A stretch of 64,000 nucleotides of DNA from a virus (lineage: Duplodnaviria; Caudoviricetes). How positions within the stretch are numbered: the first letter of the stretch is position 1; every line of letters begins with the position of its first letter. The DNA lies in the IMG/VR virus record IMGVR_UViG_3300032330_001078, positions 2,575 through 66,574 of that record. One strand, 5' to 3'. The translations under genes were made by a program, and so were the position numbers. Of the stretch, positions 17,800 through 26,900 are shown one piece after another. The notes under the pieces were generated by a model that ran no database searches, had not been told where the DNA came from, and was given only the letters and a program-made list of their open reading frames with translations.

Positions 17800-18417
17800 A
17801 TGTACCGTCCTGCAACCGTTCTTCGCTTGGCTAAGGCTCTCACCATTGCTGGTGTTAGCCGTTCCAAGGGATATATTCTTACTGATGCTGAAGTGCTGGG
17901 TATGAAGACGTTGCAGTCACTTCTTGCGAAGCGGTGGGTGGTCCCTGTTCCGGGGCCATCCGCCATTCGCTTGGCTACTGCTCGTCAGCAGTCTCCTCAG
18001 GGTATTTTTAACAAGGGTATTTTGGATACTACTGTTATGACGGATTCTTCGTCTAATAACTCAGTAAAGTACACTCCAATGCCTACTTATCTAAACCCTC
18101 AGGTTATTCGGGAGTATGCTAAGGATAATATTCCTTATGCTTTGACGGGTACTACGGGTAGTACTCAGGTTGTTTTGAACTGGTATGCGCCTGTTAATAG
18201 CCCTACTGTGACTGATTATGTTGTTCAGTATCGTACGTCTGCCACTGGTTCTGCTGCTGCAGGATCTTGGAATACTTTTTCTGATGGTACTTCTACGGCA
18301 GTCACAGCGACTGTTACTGGTTTGACTACTGGTACTAATTACGACTTCCAGGTCGCTGCTGTTATCGGCGGTACTACTGGTACTTATTCAAACATCTTTA
18401 CTACTACGTGTAAGTAG
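17800..18417 (+). CDS. Virion protein with C-terminal fibronectin type III domain
   Basis: VVLNWYAP..VTDYVVQYR..ATVTGLTTGTNYDFQVAAV..GTYS. Confidence 0.75.
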   Translation: MYRPATVLRLAKALTIAGVSRSKGYILTDAEVLGMKTLQSLLAKRWVVPVPGPSAIRLATARQQSPQGIFNKGILDTTVMTDSSSNNSVKYTPMPTYLNPQVIREYAKDNIPYALTGTTGSTQVVLNWYAPVNSPTVTDYVVQYRTSATGSAAAGSWNTFSDGTSTAVTATVTGLTTGTNYDFQVAAVIGGTTGTYSNIFTTTCK

Positions 18418-18425
18418 GACTTATT

Positions 18426-18725
18426 ATGCCTCAGACCAAGGCCGCTAATGGCAAGACTCAAACTCCTATTAAGAAAGCTACTTCTACTACTGCTCGCGCT
18501 GCTACGGTAACGCAGCAGGATGTTTCTGTGGCTGATAAGGAGTTGCAGCGTATTGCTACGCGTAATGCAATAATTGCGGATACGACTAAGGCTAAGACTT
18601 ATAAGGCTATGAAGCCTATGAGTGTTGGTAGTAATACTTATGCCGTTGGTGACATTGTTACTGAGGCACCTAATTGGCTTCGTTTGGAGTCATGGATTAT
18701 GGCCCGCTGGATTGAGGAAGTTTAA
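18426..18725 (+). CDS. Small hypothetical virion protein
   Basis: RBS-like AGGA; C-terminal domain loosely resembles the N-terminus of the upstream ORF. Confidence 0.6.
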   Translation: MPQTKAANGKTQTPIKKATSTTARAATVTQQDVSVADKELQRIATRNAIIADTTKAKTYKAMKPMSVGSNTYAVGDIVTEAPNWLRLESWIMARWIEEV

Positions 18726-18726
18726 T

Positions 18727-19818
18727 ATGTGTGCTTCGTGTGGTTGTGGTTGTAAGCATGGGATTGCAGCAAAGGGCTGTAAGTGTAAATGTAAAGATTG
18801 CCGGGAGGCTCGTACTATGTCTGTAGAAAAGTTTCATTTAGTTAATAAGGCTCAGCGCGGCTTTGATGCAATTGCTGATGCTCTGCTTGATGATGATTAT
18901 GAAGACGACTTGCTTGTTGACGAAGAGGGTAATGTTTACATGCTCGTTGATGAGGAAGAAATCGAGAAGGGCATTCCTAAGGCTATTCAGGCGCGTGGCA
19001 CTGGCGGTGCTTATGGTACTGCTCGTCGTAAGGCTTGGCGTACTGGCCATCAAGCTGCTCGTTTAAATTCTGGCGAAAAAGATGCTTTTGGACAGGCTTT
19101 GGTAGATTGGCGCAAGGCTCGTGGTGCTAAGGCTCGTGTGGAAGCACGCGATATTGTTAATGGTGTTCAGAAAGCTGATGATTCTCATCGTAACGCTAAA
19201 CTGGGAGCGGCTGGTGGCGCTATAGGTGCTGCTGGTTTAACTGCTTTGCAGGCTAAGAAGATTGCTAATGGTTATGCTTTTGCTCGCGCAATTGGTGTGC
19301 CAAAGAACGAAATGAATCGCGCTATGGCTGGCGGTCTTGGTCGACGTTTTGGCGCAGCTACTGGTGGTGGTGCTCTTGGCGGTGCTGCAGTTGATTACGC
19401 ACGCAGCAAAAATAAAGTTGAGAAGGGTCTTCCTTCTGTGCAGCGTAATTTGTTAAGGGAAGCGCAAAAGACTGGTAATTTTGATCGCATTAATAGTCAC
19501 TGGGGTCATAGTCTTAAAATTGATAATAAGCGCATTGGTCAAGAAGTTGCTGGTAAGCGTGGACTTTATCCTCATCAAGAGCCAATAACTCCAGATCGCG
19601 CGCTAAGACTTAAGAGTATTGGTTCTGATAAAGCAGTTCGGCGCAAGGAACTTTTATCTGAAAAAACCGGTAAGACTGGTTTGCGCCCATCAACAATTCA
19701 GCCGGGTAAAACTGTTGGCGAAAGCCGTAATGAGTTGGCTGGTATTCGTGAAAGTAGATTGCGCAGTCAACGTCCTGTTAATATTCGTGGTGGCACGCAA
19801 AACCGTCCTGCCTGGTAA
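18727..19818 (+). CDS. Hypothetical protein: Cys-rich N-terminus, acidic scaffold-like segment, basic Gly/Ala-rich segments
   Basis: Likely start ATG 18727 (MCASCGCGC) just after the upstream stop; VEKF, VNKA, IEKG, VQKA, VEKG motifs. Confidence 0.7.
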   Translation: MCASCGCGCKHGIAAKGCKCKCKDCREARTMSVEKFHLVNKAQRGFDAIADALLDDDYEDDLLVDEEGNVYMLVDEEEIEKGIPKAIQARGTGGAYGTARRKAWRTGHQAARLNSGEKDAFGQALVDWRKARGAKARVEARDIVNGVQKADDSHRNAKLGAAGGAIGAAGLTALQAKKIANGYAFARAIGVPKNEMNRAMAGGLGRRFGAATGGGALGGAAVDYARSKNKVEKGLPSVQRNLLREAQKTGNFDRINSHWGHSLKIDNKRIGQEVAGKRGLYPHQEPITPDRALRLKSIGSDKAVRRKELLSEKTGKTGLRPSTIQPGKTVGESRNELAGIRESRLRSQRPVNIRGGTQNRPAW

Positions 19819-19838
19819 ATCTAAGTTAGGATTGTCCT

Positions 19839-20339
19839 ATGTCGTGGACTTATAGTGGTAATCCGGGTGCTTCTGAAAAGGATCAGGTTCGGTTTTATGT
19901 TGGTGACGTTGATGAAACGTTTCCTCTTTTAACTGACGAAGAAATTACTTTCCTGCTGACTCAGTGGGATGATGCTTACAATGGTCCTTTGTATGTTGCG
20001 GCTGTTGCTGCCGAGGTTATTTCTGGTCGTTTTGCTCGTGAGGTGAGCGTTTCGGCTGATGGTGTTTCTGCTCAAATTGGTGAGTTGCAGCAGCGTTACG
20101 ATACTTTGGCTTCTTCTTTGCGTGACCAGTACAAGGCTTTGTATGGCTTCTTTGATCCTGTTACTGCAGCTAATATCTTGAACGATACGTTTGATCCTTC
20201 GATTAAGCCTCTTATTTTTGCTATTGGCTTTAATGATAATTATCTTGCTGGTCGCCAAAATTATGGTGATTTCCATCCGGGTAGGTCGATTGACTGGTGG
20301 TCTGGCGATATTCAAAACGAACCTGTTGTGTGGGGTTAA
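19839..20339 (+). CDS. Head-tail adaptor/connector
   Basis: WTYSGNPG..DQVRFYVGD....LLTDEEI..LL, typical actinophage adaptor; synteny. Confidence 0.7.
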   Translation: MSWTYSGNPGASEKDQVRFYVGDVDETFPLLTDEEITFLLTQWDDAYNGPLYVAAVAAEVISGRFAREVSVSADGVSAQIGELQQRYDTLASSLRDQYKALYGFFDPVTAANILNDTFDPSIKPLIFAIGFNDNYLAGRQNYGDFHPGRSIDWWSGDIQNEPVVWG

Positions 20340-20341
20340 TT

Positions 20342-20737
20342 ATGGGTAAATCAATTGTCGCTAGGACTTTTAAGGTTGATGCTAGGCGCGCTCAAGATTT
20401 GAAGATGTTGGCTGAGCGAGCTAAGACCCAGAAAGAGTTGAAATCATATGTTGCTTCTGGCAAGTTTGGCACTTCTTTTACTGATAAATATGGCTATGTA
20501 GGTAAGGTTTATCAAGAGTATCAGGTTATTGATCCTGGTAATCCTGGAAAACCTCACTCTGGTATTCGAGGCAAACTTGGCATGAAAAAGGGATACCGCA
20601 AGGCTCAGTATTTATTGGCTTCTGATGACATGGAGCCTTTTGTCCACGAGCAGGCTCCTGGCAAGTATCTTTACGGCAAGGAAGTTAAGAGTTTTAGCCG
20701 TCATGTCATGAAACCAAGTGCAAATCGGAGTTATTAG
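20342..20737 (+). CDS. Hypothetical protein
   Basis: Likely start ATG 20342 after the upstream stop. Confidence 0.5.
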   Translation: MGKSIVARTFKVDARRAQDLKMLAERAKTQKELKSYVASGKFGTSFTDKYGYVGKVYQEYQVIDPGNPGKPHSGIRGKLGMKKGYRKAQYLLASDDMEPFVHEQAPGKYLYGKEVKSFSRHVMKPSANRSY

Positions 20738-20739
20738 CA

Positions 20740-20940
20740 ATGGAACTCGTTGAACTTGGTCGCATTGCTAAAGCTAATGACCTTGTGAGCGAGCGTGTTA
20801 AGGCTGGTATGTCACCTAGTCCTATTTCTGCTCCAGCAAGGGCTAAGAATGGTCGTCTGCTAAACTTGGCTTCGATGGGTGATCGTCAGCCTGTTTTGGG
20901 TCGAGGCAAGCCGTTTAGAAATGGGAAGGTCGTTCCGTAA
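20740..20940 (+). CDS. Small basic hypothetical protein
   Basis: Tightly packed in operon; RIAKA motif near the N-terminus. Confidence 0.5.
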   Translation: MELVELGRIAKANDLVSERVKAGMSPSPISAPARAKNGRLLNLASMGDRQPVLGRGKPFRNGKVVP

Positions 20941-21407
20941 TGTATAGGGTTAATACTGGTCTTGTTCGCCGGTATGCCCAGCGGTATTCAGAGATGAATA
21001 TGACTGCGACTGTTCGGATTGACCGCCCTGATGTAGCCTCTCTAAACGCCTCTACGGGCGATGTAACGGCTCAGGTACTCAAGACTGTCTATGAGGGTAA
21101 AGGGCGCATAAGTGGCGTTTCTGGCCCCGTACAGTACTCCTTGGGCGAGGAGCCACAGTATTTTTCTAGTGGCACTGTTTACATTCCTTTGGCTGATGCT
21201 GATGGTACGCCTACTACTCCTCAAGTAAATGATATTGTTATTGTTACTTCTCATCCTGATGTGTTAATGGTTAACAGGGCTTTTCGTGTGATGAACGTGG
21301 CTGCTTCTGGTCAGTTTATTGCGGCTCGTGAGTTGAGCGTGACTGGTGTTCAGCGTTGGGAAGCGTGGACTCCGACTAATAACATTCCGCCGGAGTGGTA
21401 TGTATGA
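20940..21407 (+). CDS. Head-to-tail stopper (DUF6093-like)
   Basis: MTATVRIDRP..TGDV..VYEGKGRI, VNDIVIVT..NRAFRV. Confidence 0.7.
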   Translation: MYRVNTGLVRRYAQRYSEMNMTATVRIDRPDVASLNASTGDVTAQVLKTVYEGKGRISGVSGPVQYSLGEEPQYFSSGTVYIPLADADGTPTTPQVNDIVIVTSHPDVLMVNRAFRVMNVAASGQFIAARELSVTGVQRWEAWTPTNNIPPEWYV

Positions 21408-21682
21408 GTTTTGAGTCGGCAATAAAAATGCTTAAAACTATGCAGGTTAACAGTAAGCATCTTAATGTGGCTATGCATAGTAAGGCTGCGCAGTTGGCTA
21501 GTCATAGTCGTTTAAAGAATGTGGCTACTGTTATTAGTAATAAGCCTCATGGGGTTGAGATTGTGTTTAAGCCTATGGTTGGGGCTACTGTTGAGACTGA
21601 AAAGGTTGCTAAGACTGCTAAGGCTTTGGCTGTTAAATTGGCTGCTGATAGCAAAGGTATTGTTAAGGATGTGATGAAGTGA
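21404..21682 (+). CDS. Hypothetical protein at the neck-protein position
   Basis: Synteny between stopper and tail terminator; ATGA and GTGA overlaps. Confidence 0.45.
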   Translation: MSFESAIKMLKTMQVNSKHLNVAMHSKAAQLASHSRLKNVATVISNKPHGVEIVFKPMVGATVETEKVAKTAKALAVKLAADSKGIVKDVMK

Positions 21683-22146
21683 TTGATCATGGTGCTTTGA
21701 CTGACAAGATTCTTACCCAATTAGCTACTTCTGGTGAACTTATTGGTGATGGCGTTGCGCCTGTTGATGGTGGGTGGCTTCAGGGTCAGCCTAATCAGAG
21801 CGTCTTTGTCCCTTATACGGTTCTAGTTTCTACTGGGTCTAATGTCATGATTAATGATTTTGACGGAAATTTAGACTGGACTATTAACTTTAACCTTAGG
21901 CATTTTGGTGGATCTCGCAAGCAAGTCGATTGGGTGGCTAATAAAACAAGGGCTGTTGTTGATGCAGGGGTTAATACTTTACTTCATGCAACCTTTGGTA
22001 CCACTGAAGTATATAAAGTTACGGCTATTCAATGGCAAGCATTGGGCGCTGTTAACCGCGTTGACACAGTAAATCCTGCTTTTTGGCAGTGTTTTGATAC
22101 CGTAGGATTTGTTTGTTCGCGCAATAGTTTTACTCCAACTTTGTAG
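21679..22146 (+). CDS. Tail terminator protein
   Basis: IGDGVAP..GGW.GQP..FVPYTVL, SRKQVDWVA; directly precedes the tail tube gene. Confidence 0.65.
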   Translation: MIDHGALTDKILTQLATSGELIGDGVAPVDGGWLQGQPNQSVFVPYTVLVSTGSNVMINDFDGNLDWTINFNLRHFGGSRKQVDWVANKTRAVVDAGVNTLLHATFGTTEVYKVTAIQWQALGAVNRVDTVNPAFWQCFDTVGFVCSRNSFTPTL

Positions 22147-22203
22147 TAGTATCGGAAGTACCGGTTATTATTTCGTACGAATTGGCTTAGGAGGCCACAA
22201 ACC

Positions 22204-23121
22204 ATGGCAAGAATTATTCCGAATAACAATACTTGGATTGGATTCATTCCAGTCACAGGTGCGTTCGCTGGTCTCAGCGGATATTCAACTACTTGGAACT
22301 CTGTAAGCAGTGCCGCTGCTACTATTTCACAGGCAGAAATTGATTCAGCATACGACATCACGCCTTTCTTGATTTCGCTAACTGCTCAGTCAACTGGTAA
22401 CACTGTTCCAACCCCTACCCTTGATTCACTTTTTGAAGGTAACATCCCAGGTACTGTAAACGCTTCGTTTACTATGGATCTTTACCGCGATGACGCAACT
22501 TACACAGATGCTAATACTTCTACTTCTGACACTGACTTTGCTTGGAACAAGCTTGCTCGTGGACAAAAGGGTTATGTCATTGTTAGCCGTTACGGTGGTT
22601 CTGGTACTAACCAAGAGCCTGGTGCTGGTAATCTTGTTGAAATCTGGCCTGTTATTGTAACTGCTCGTACTGCGGGCGCTATTACTTCTAACACTGTTCA
22701 GACTTTCACTATTACTGCTGCTGTTCCTCAAGAACCTGCTGAATCAGCTACTGTTTCTGGCTCTACTGTTCCTTCGAAGCCTAACAATCTTGCTGTTTCT
22801 CTTGCTAGTGGTCAGCCTTCAGCTGCTGCTGCTGCAGGTATTACTGCCGCAACTGTACTTACCTTCGACTGGGATGCTCCACAGATTGGTGCTCCAATCA
22901 CCGGTTACAAGATCTACAAGGCTAGCAACACTTTGTTGACTACTGGCGTTGTTGAACTTACTTCTGGCGTAGTTAAGTCTGGTACAACTGCTGTTGTTAC
23001 TACCTCAAGCAACGCTGCTAACTTCACAGCTGCTGGTACTTGGTACGTCTATGTTGTTGCTACCAACGCTACTGGCGATGGTGCTAAGTCAAGTTACGTA
23101 ACCATTACGGTTTCTGCATAA
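22204..23121 (+). CDS. Major tail tube protein with C-terminal FN3 domain
   Basis: MARIIPN.NTWIGF, F.MDLYRDD, GYVIVSRYG, VEIWPV; FN3 FDWDAP..ITGYKIY..WYVYVVATNATGDG; RBS AGGAGG. Confidence 0.85.
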   Translation: MARIIPNNNTWIGFIPVTGAFAGLSGYSTTWNSVSSAAATISQAEIDSAYDITPFLISLTAQSTGNTVPTPTLDSLFEGNIPGTVNASFTMDLYRDDATYTDANTSTSDTDFAWNKLARGQKGYVIVSRYGGSGTNQEPGAGNLVEIWPVIVTARTAGAITSNTVQTFTITAAVPQEPAESATVSGSTVPSKPNNLAVSLASGQPSAAAAAGITAATVLTFDWDAPQIGAPITGYKIYKASNTLLTTGVVELTSGVVKSGTTAVVTTSSNAANFTAAGTWYVYVVATNATGDGAKSSYVTITVSA

Positions 23122-23130
23122 CCTAGTTTT

Positions 23131-23180
23131 GTATAGGGGAGGTGCTTTGCCTCTCTCGGCATCTCCCCTATACTTGCTTT
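23131..23180 (+). terminator. Rho-independent terminator after the tail tube gene
   Basis: 15-bp stem GTATAGGGGAGGTGC / GCATCTCCCCTATAC (one G.U) followed by TTGCTTT. Confidence 0.65.
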
Positions 23181-23243
23181 ATGTCAGCACCGACTCCGCC
23201 TAATAAGCGGAAAATTAAAAAGACCAAACAGAGGAAATATAAC

Positions 23244-23630
23244 ATGGCTCGCAAAATTGCTACCCTTGAAGATCTATTAAAGAAGCCTGCACGCACCAAG
23301 GAACTAGTTATTAATGTTCCTACTGGTAAGTCTGGCTCTACTGATTTTATTGTTACGCTTAAGGCTATTGGGTCTAAAGCTTATGATGATTTGATTGCTA
23401 ATCATCCACCAACAAATGAACAAAAGCGTGAAGGCCAGACTTACAATGCTGAATCGTTTGCACCGGCACTTATTGCTGCCTGTTCGGTTACTCCTGAACT
23501 TACTGAAGATCAGGCTAACCAGATTTGGACTTCTAATGAGTGGTCTCGTGGCGAACTTACTCAGCTTTTCTTGGGCTGCGTGGAAGTCAATTCTAAGGGA
23601 CTAGATGTCCCTTTCATCGACGCCGACTGA
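23244..23630 (+). CDS. Tail assembly chaperone (short form)
   Basis: ATG 23244 with GAGGA RBS; YNAESFAPALIAAC..PELT; between tail tube and tape measure. Confidence 0.85.
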   Translation: MARKIATLEDLLKKPARTKELVINVPTGKSGSTDFIVTLKAIGSKAYDDLIANHPPTNEQKREGQTYNAESFAPALIAACSVTPELTEDQANQIWTSNEWSRGELTQLFLGCVEVNSKGLDVPFIDAD

Positions 23631-23971
23631 GGTATGACCACACCTTCTACATGGAGGTTCAGTGGTGTTCTGACCACGGTTTGCCTCATTCGGCTTTGCT
23701 TGATTGGGAAGAGGAAGACCGCGCTAAGTTGGCTGCGTACTTACTTGAGCATAATGATAGATGTCAAATGTGTGGTACGGCTGGTTGGGAATGGGAAGAG
23801 GACCGTCATGCGTACGAGCCTATGGCTAAGCAATGTTGGGGTTGTTATCTAAAGGATCGTGCTACAGACGAGAATGACCGTTTACCTGGTAGTACAATGA
23901 CATTAGTGCCTTCTGCGCAGGCTGAAAAACTGAGGTCTAAGGCAAATAATTTGCCTACACGAAAGGGTTAG
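23609..23971 (+). CDS. Tail assembly chaperone, -1 frameshift extension (G-T type); fusion about 242 aa
   Basis: In-phase slippery heptamer C CCT TTC at 23609-23615; the -1 frame reads on (HRRRLRYDHTFYMEVQWC...) to 23971. Confidence 0.85.
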   Translation, partial: PFHRRRLRYDHTFYMEVQWCSDHGLPHSALLDWEEEDRAKLAAYLLEHNDRCQMCGTAGWEWEEDRHAYEPMAKQCWGCYLKDRATDENDRLPGSTMTLVPSAQAEKLRSKANNLPTRKG

Positions 23972-23973
23972 AC

Positions 23974-26900
23974 GTGTATAACGAAGACGTCTCCATTGAC
24001 TTTAGTGCTAATGTTGCGCCCTTTTCAGCTTCTCTATCTCAGGCTGTCAAAGGCCTTGAAAACATGTCTGCTTCGGCTGACACTACTTTGGCTAAAATTG
24101 GCAAGTTGGACAATGTGGCTTTGGCTGCGGTCAAGACTTTTGGTAAGTTTCTTGATCTTAACAAGGCTTCTACTGTTCAGGCTGCGGCTTATCAGCAAAA
24201 ATTAGCTGGTCTGGCTACTGTTACTGCTTTGAATGAGAAGCAGTTTAAGGGTCTTTCTGAAGTTTCTTTAAAGTTTACTCGCGAGTTTCCTATTGGGCTT
24301 GATAAATCTATTGGCTTAATTGATACTCTGCGCACGTCTGGTGTTACTACTACTAAGTCTATTAAAGAGCTTGGTACTGCTTTTATTAAGATTCAGCAGG
24401 CTTCTGGCGAGTGGGGGTCTGAGTTTGTTTCAGACATGCTTTCTGTCAATCGTTCTTTTGGTGGCTCTCAGTCTTCTGCTATTAAGTTTGGCGATTCGTT
24501 AGTTTCTGTTTCTAACAAGTTTGGCGCTTCTGCTAGTTCTGTTGTTGGTTTTACTAAAGCTTTGGCGCCAGTTGCTTCGGCTATGGGTTTGAATGCTACT
24601 CAAACTATGGGGTTCTCTACTGCTTTTGCTCGTCTTGGCGAGGATGGCAATAGGTCTGCTAACGCTTTGGCTAAGGTTATGTCTGATTTGACTAACTCTG
24701 CTAAGACTGGCTCGCCTCAAATTGGCGAGTACGCACATGCTATGGACATGTCTGTTGATTCGTTAAAGAGTCTTGTTGATACTGATCCTGCTGAAGCGGT
24801 TATTCGTTTTACTGAGGCTATTGCCAAGCAAGGCCCTAAAGCTATTGATACTTTGAACCGTCTTGGTATTGATGGTGTTCAAAGTTTTAAGTCTATTCAG
24901 GCTCTTGGTAAGTCTAAAGATATTCGTGAGATTTTACAGACTAGTGCAGATTCTTTTGGCAATAAGTCTGCCACTGAGGGCGCTAAAGAGGCTTTTGGCG
25001 GTGTTAATGACCAGATGACTCGTCTGGGCGACACTATGAATCAAACTGTCGCAGCGGCTGGTACACCGTTCTTAAACATGATTGCTGGTTTGCTTAAGGC
25101 TGCTAATAGTTTTGCTGAGGCTATTCATAGCGCCGTTCAGAGTGTTTCTAGTATGGCCGGTAAAATTGCTCCTCTTTTGGCTGTTCTTAAATTGCTACAT
25201 TCTGCGTTTCAGGGAATTATGCTTTTGCGTTTTGGACAGTATTTGTCAAATATGGCAATTAATAGTGCTGCTGGTCGTTCTTTTGCTCTTGGTCGCGCTG
25301 AGGCTTCTTATGGCCTTAAAGATGAGGGCGGCAACAGAATGTATAACATGGGCCAGCGCTTTCAAAACAATTTGGGCGGAATTATGGGTCGCCCTATTGG
25401 TGAAACAGTTAGGAATGTTTTTTCTGGCGCTAGGGGTTTGGTTGCTTATGCCGGCGCAGGATTAATGAATCTTAACGCCAGTATGATGCGAGGCGACCCT
25501 TCAGAGGTTGCTAATCGCCAAGCAACTACTAGAGCTTTTACTGAAAATATAACTAGAGGTCGTCAAGGTTTAGCGCCTTTAACTACTGAGCAAAAACTTA
25601 ATCGCGAGCAGATGAATGAGCGTCGTGTCGCCGCGGGAATGAAACCTATTGGCGATAAGCCAAATGGTCCTATGGTTGGTGCTGCCGAACAGTTTAAAGG
25701 CATAGGCGCTGCATTAAAACAGTTTGGTTCTGAGATCAAGGGTGCGGGTAAGTTAGCCAGCCTGATGGGTGTACAGGCTGGTACGGCTGGTGGCGAACTA
25801 CGAATTGCTTTTGCTGGTCTTAGCTTGGCTACTCTTCGTGCGACTGGTGCGCTTACTATGATGGCCGTTAAAGCTATTGGGTCTCTTATTGCCTCTATGG
25901 GTATGCAAATGGGCATGATGCTGGCTATGATGGCTGCTTTTCAAGCTTTCAACAGTATTAAAGAGGGAACTTCTAAGGCTCATGCGCTTCGCGATGAAGG
26001 CATTAAGAATGGCTTGGAAACACCTGGCAGTGTTTATAATGATTTTGCTCAAAAGGCTGGTCTTGCTACACGTAACGTTGATTCGTTGGCTAAGTCTGCG
26101 CAAAATGCTGCGCACCAGTTGGTTGTTAATACTAAATCTATGGCTGAGGCAAATGATCTTACACAGGCTCGTATTGCTGCTGCCCGTAATCCGGGGTATC
26201 AGCAAGCGTGGAAGTTTGGCGAAAAGAAGAATGCCCAGCAGTTAGCCAATGAGATTATTAACTTAGAGGGTAATACTCCAAATCCTCAGGCTAGGGCTCA
26301 GCTTCTTAATGATTTGATTAAGCAGTATGGTGCTGGTACTGCTCAGCAGGTTACTAATATTTTGGCTCCAGAATCTATGGGTCAAAGAAATGGTAATAAT
26401 GAGCGTCAAAGAACTTCTGGTGATGTTTATGTTGCTGGCTTGAATGATGTTAAAGATAAGCGTGAAGACAAATGGTGGAGTAGTACTTACAGATTCCTTT
26501 CAGGAACTCAAGATGGCGCTTTGTCTAAAACTTTTGGTTTGCTTGGTTTAGGCGCGACTGGCGGTTGGAATAGTAACTGGAAGCAAAATAACGGCCAAGG
26601 TAAGTATGACACTGAAGCGTCACGCGACGCAATGTCTTCTTTGATTACTAACATTGCGTCTACAGCAATGAATACTGGCAACATTTATGGCGCTAGGGCT
26701 GGTCAGTTATCGCAGTTTGCTGAAACTTCTAAACTGTACAATACTGGCAAAAATACAGGCCAGCTTGGTGATGTTGCAGCGGTTATTAACGGCATGTACG
26801 GCACCAACTATAAAGGTTCAGATGTTGGCGATTACAACACTTTAAGTGACCTTTTAAAGAATACTCTTAAAGAAGGTAATGATGACCAAAAAGCTTTGTA

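Noticed and set aside
17780-17810. Frameshift or readthrough fusing the major capsid protein to the downstream FN3 protein
   Set aside because: No slippery heptamer before the TAA stop; the next gene has its own ATG 3 nt later
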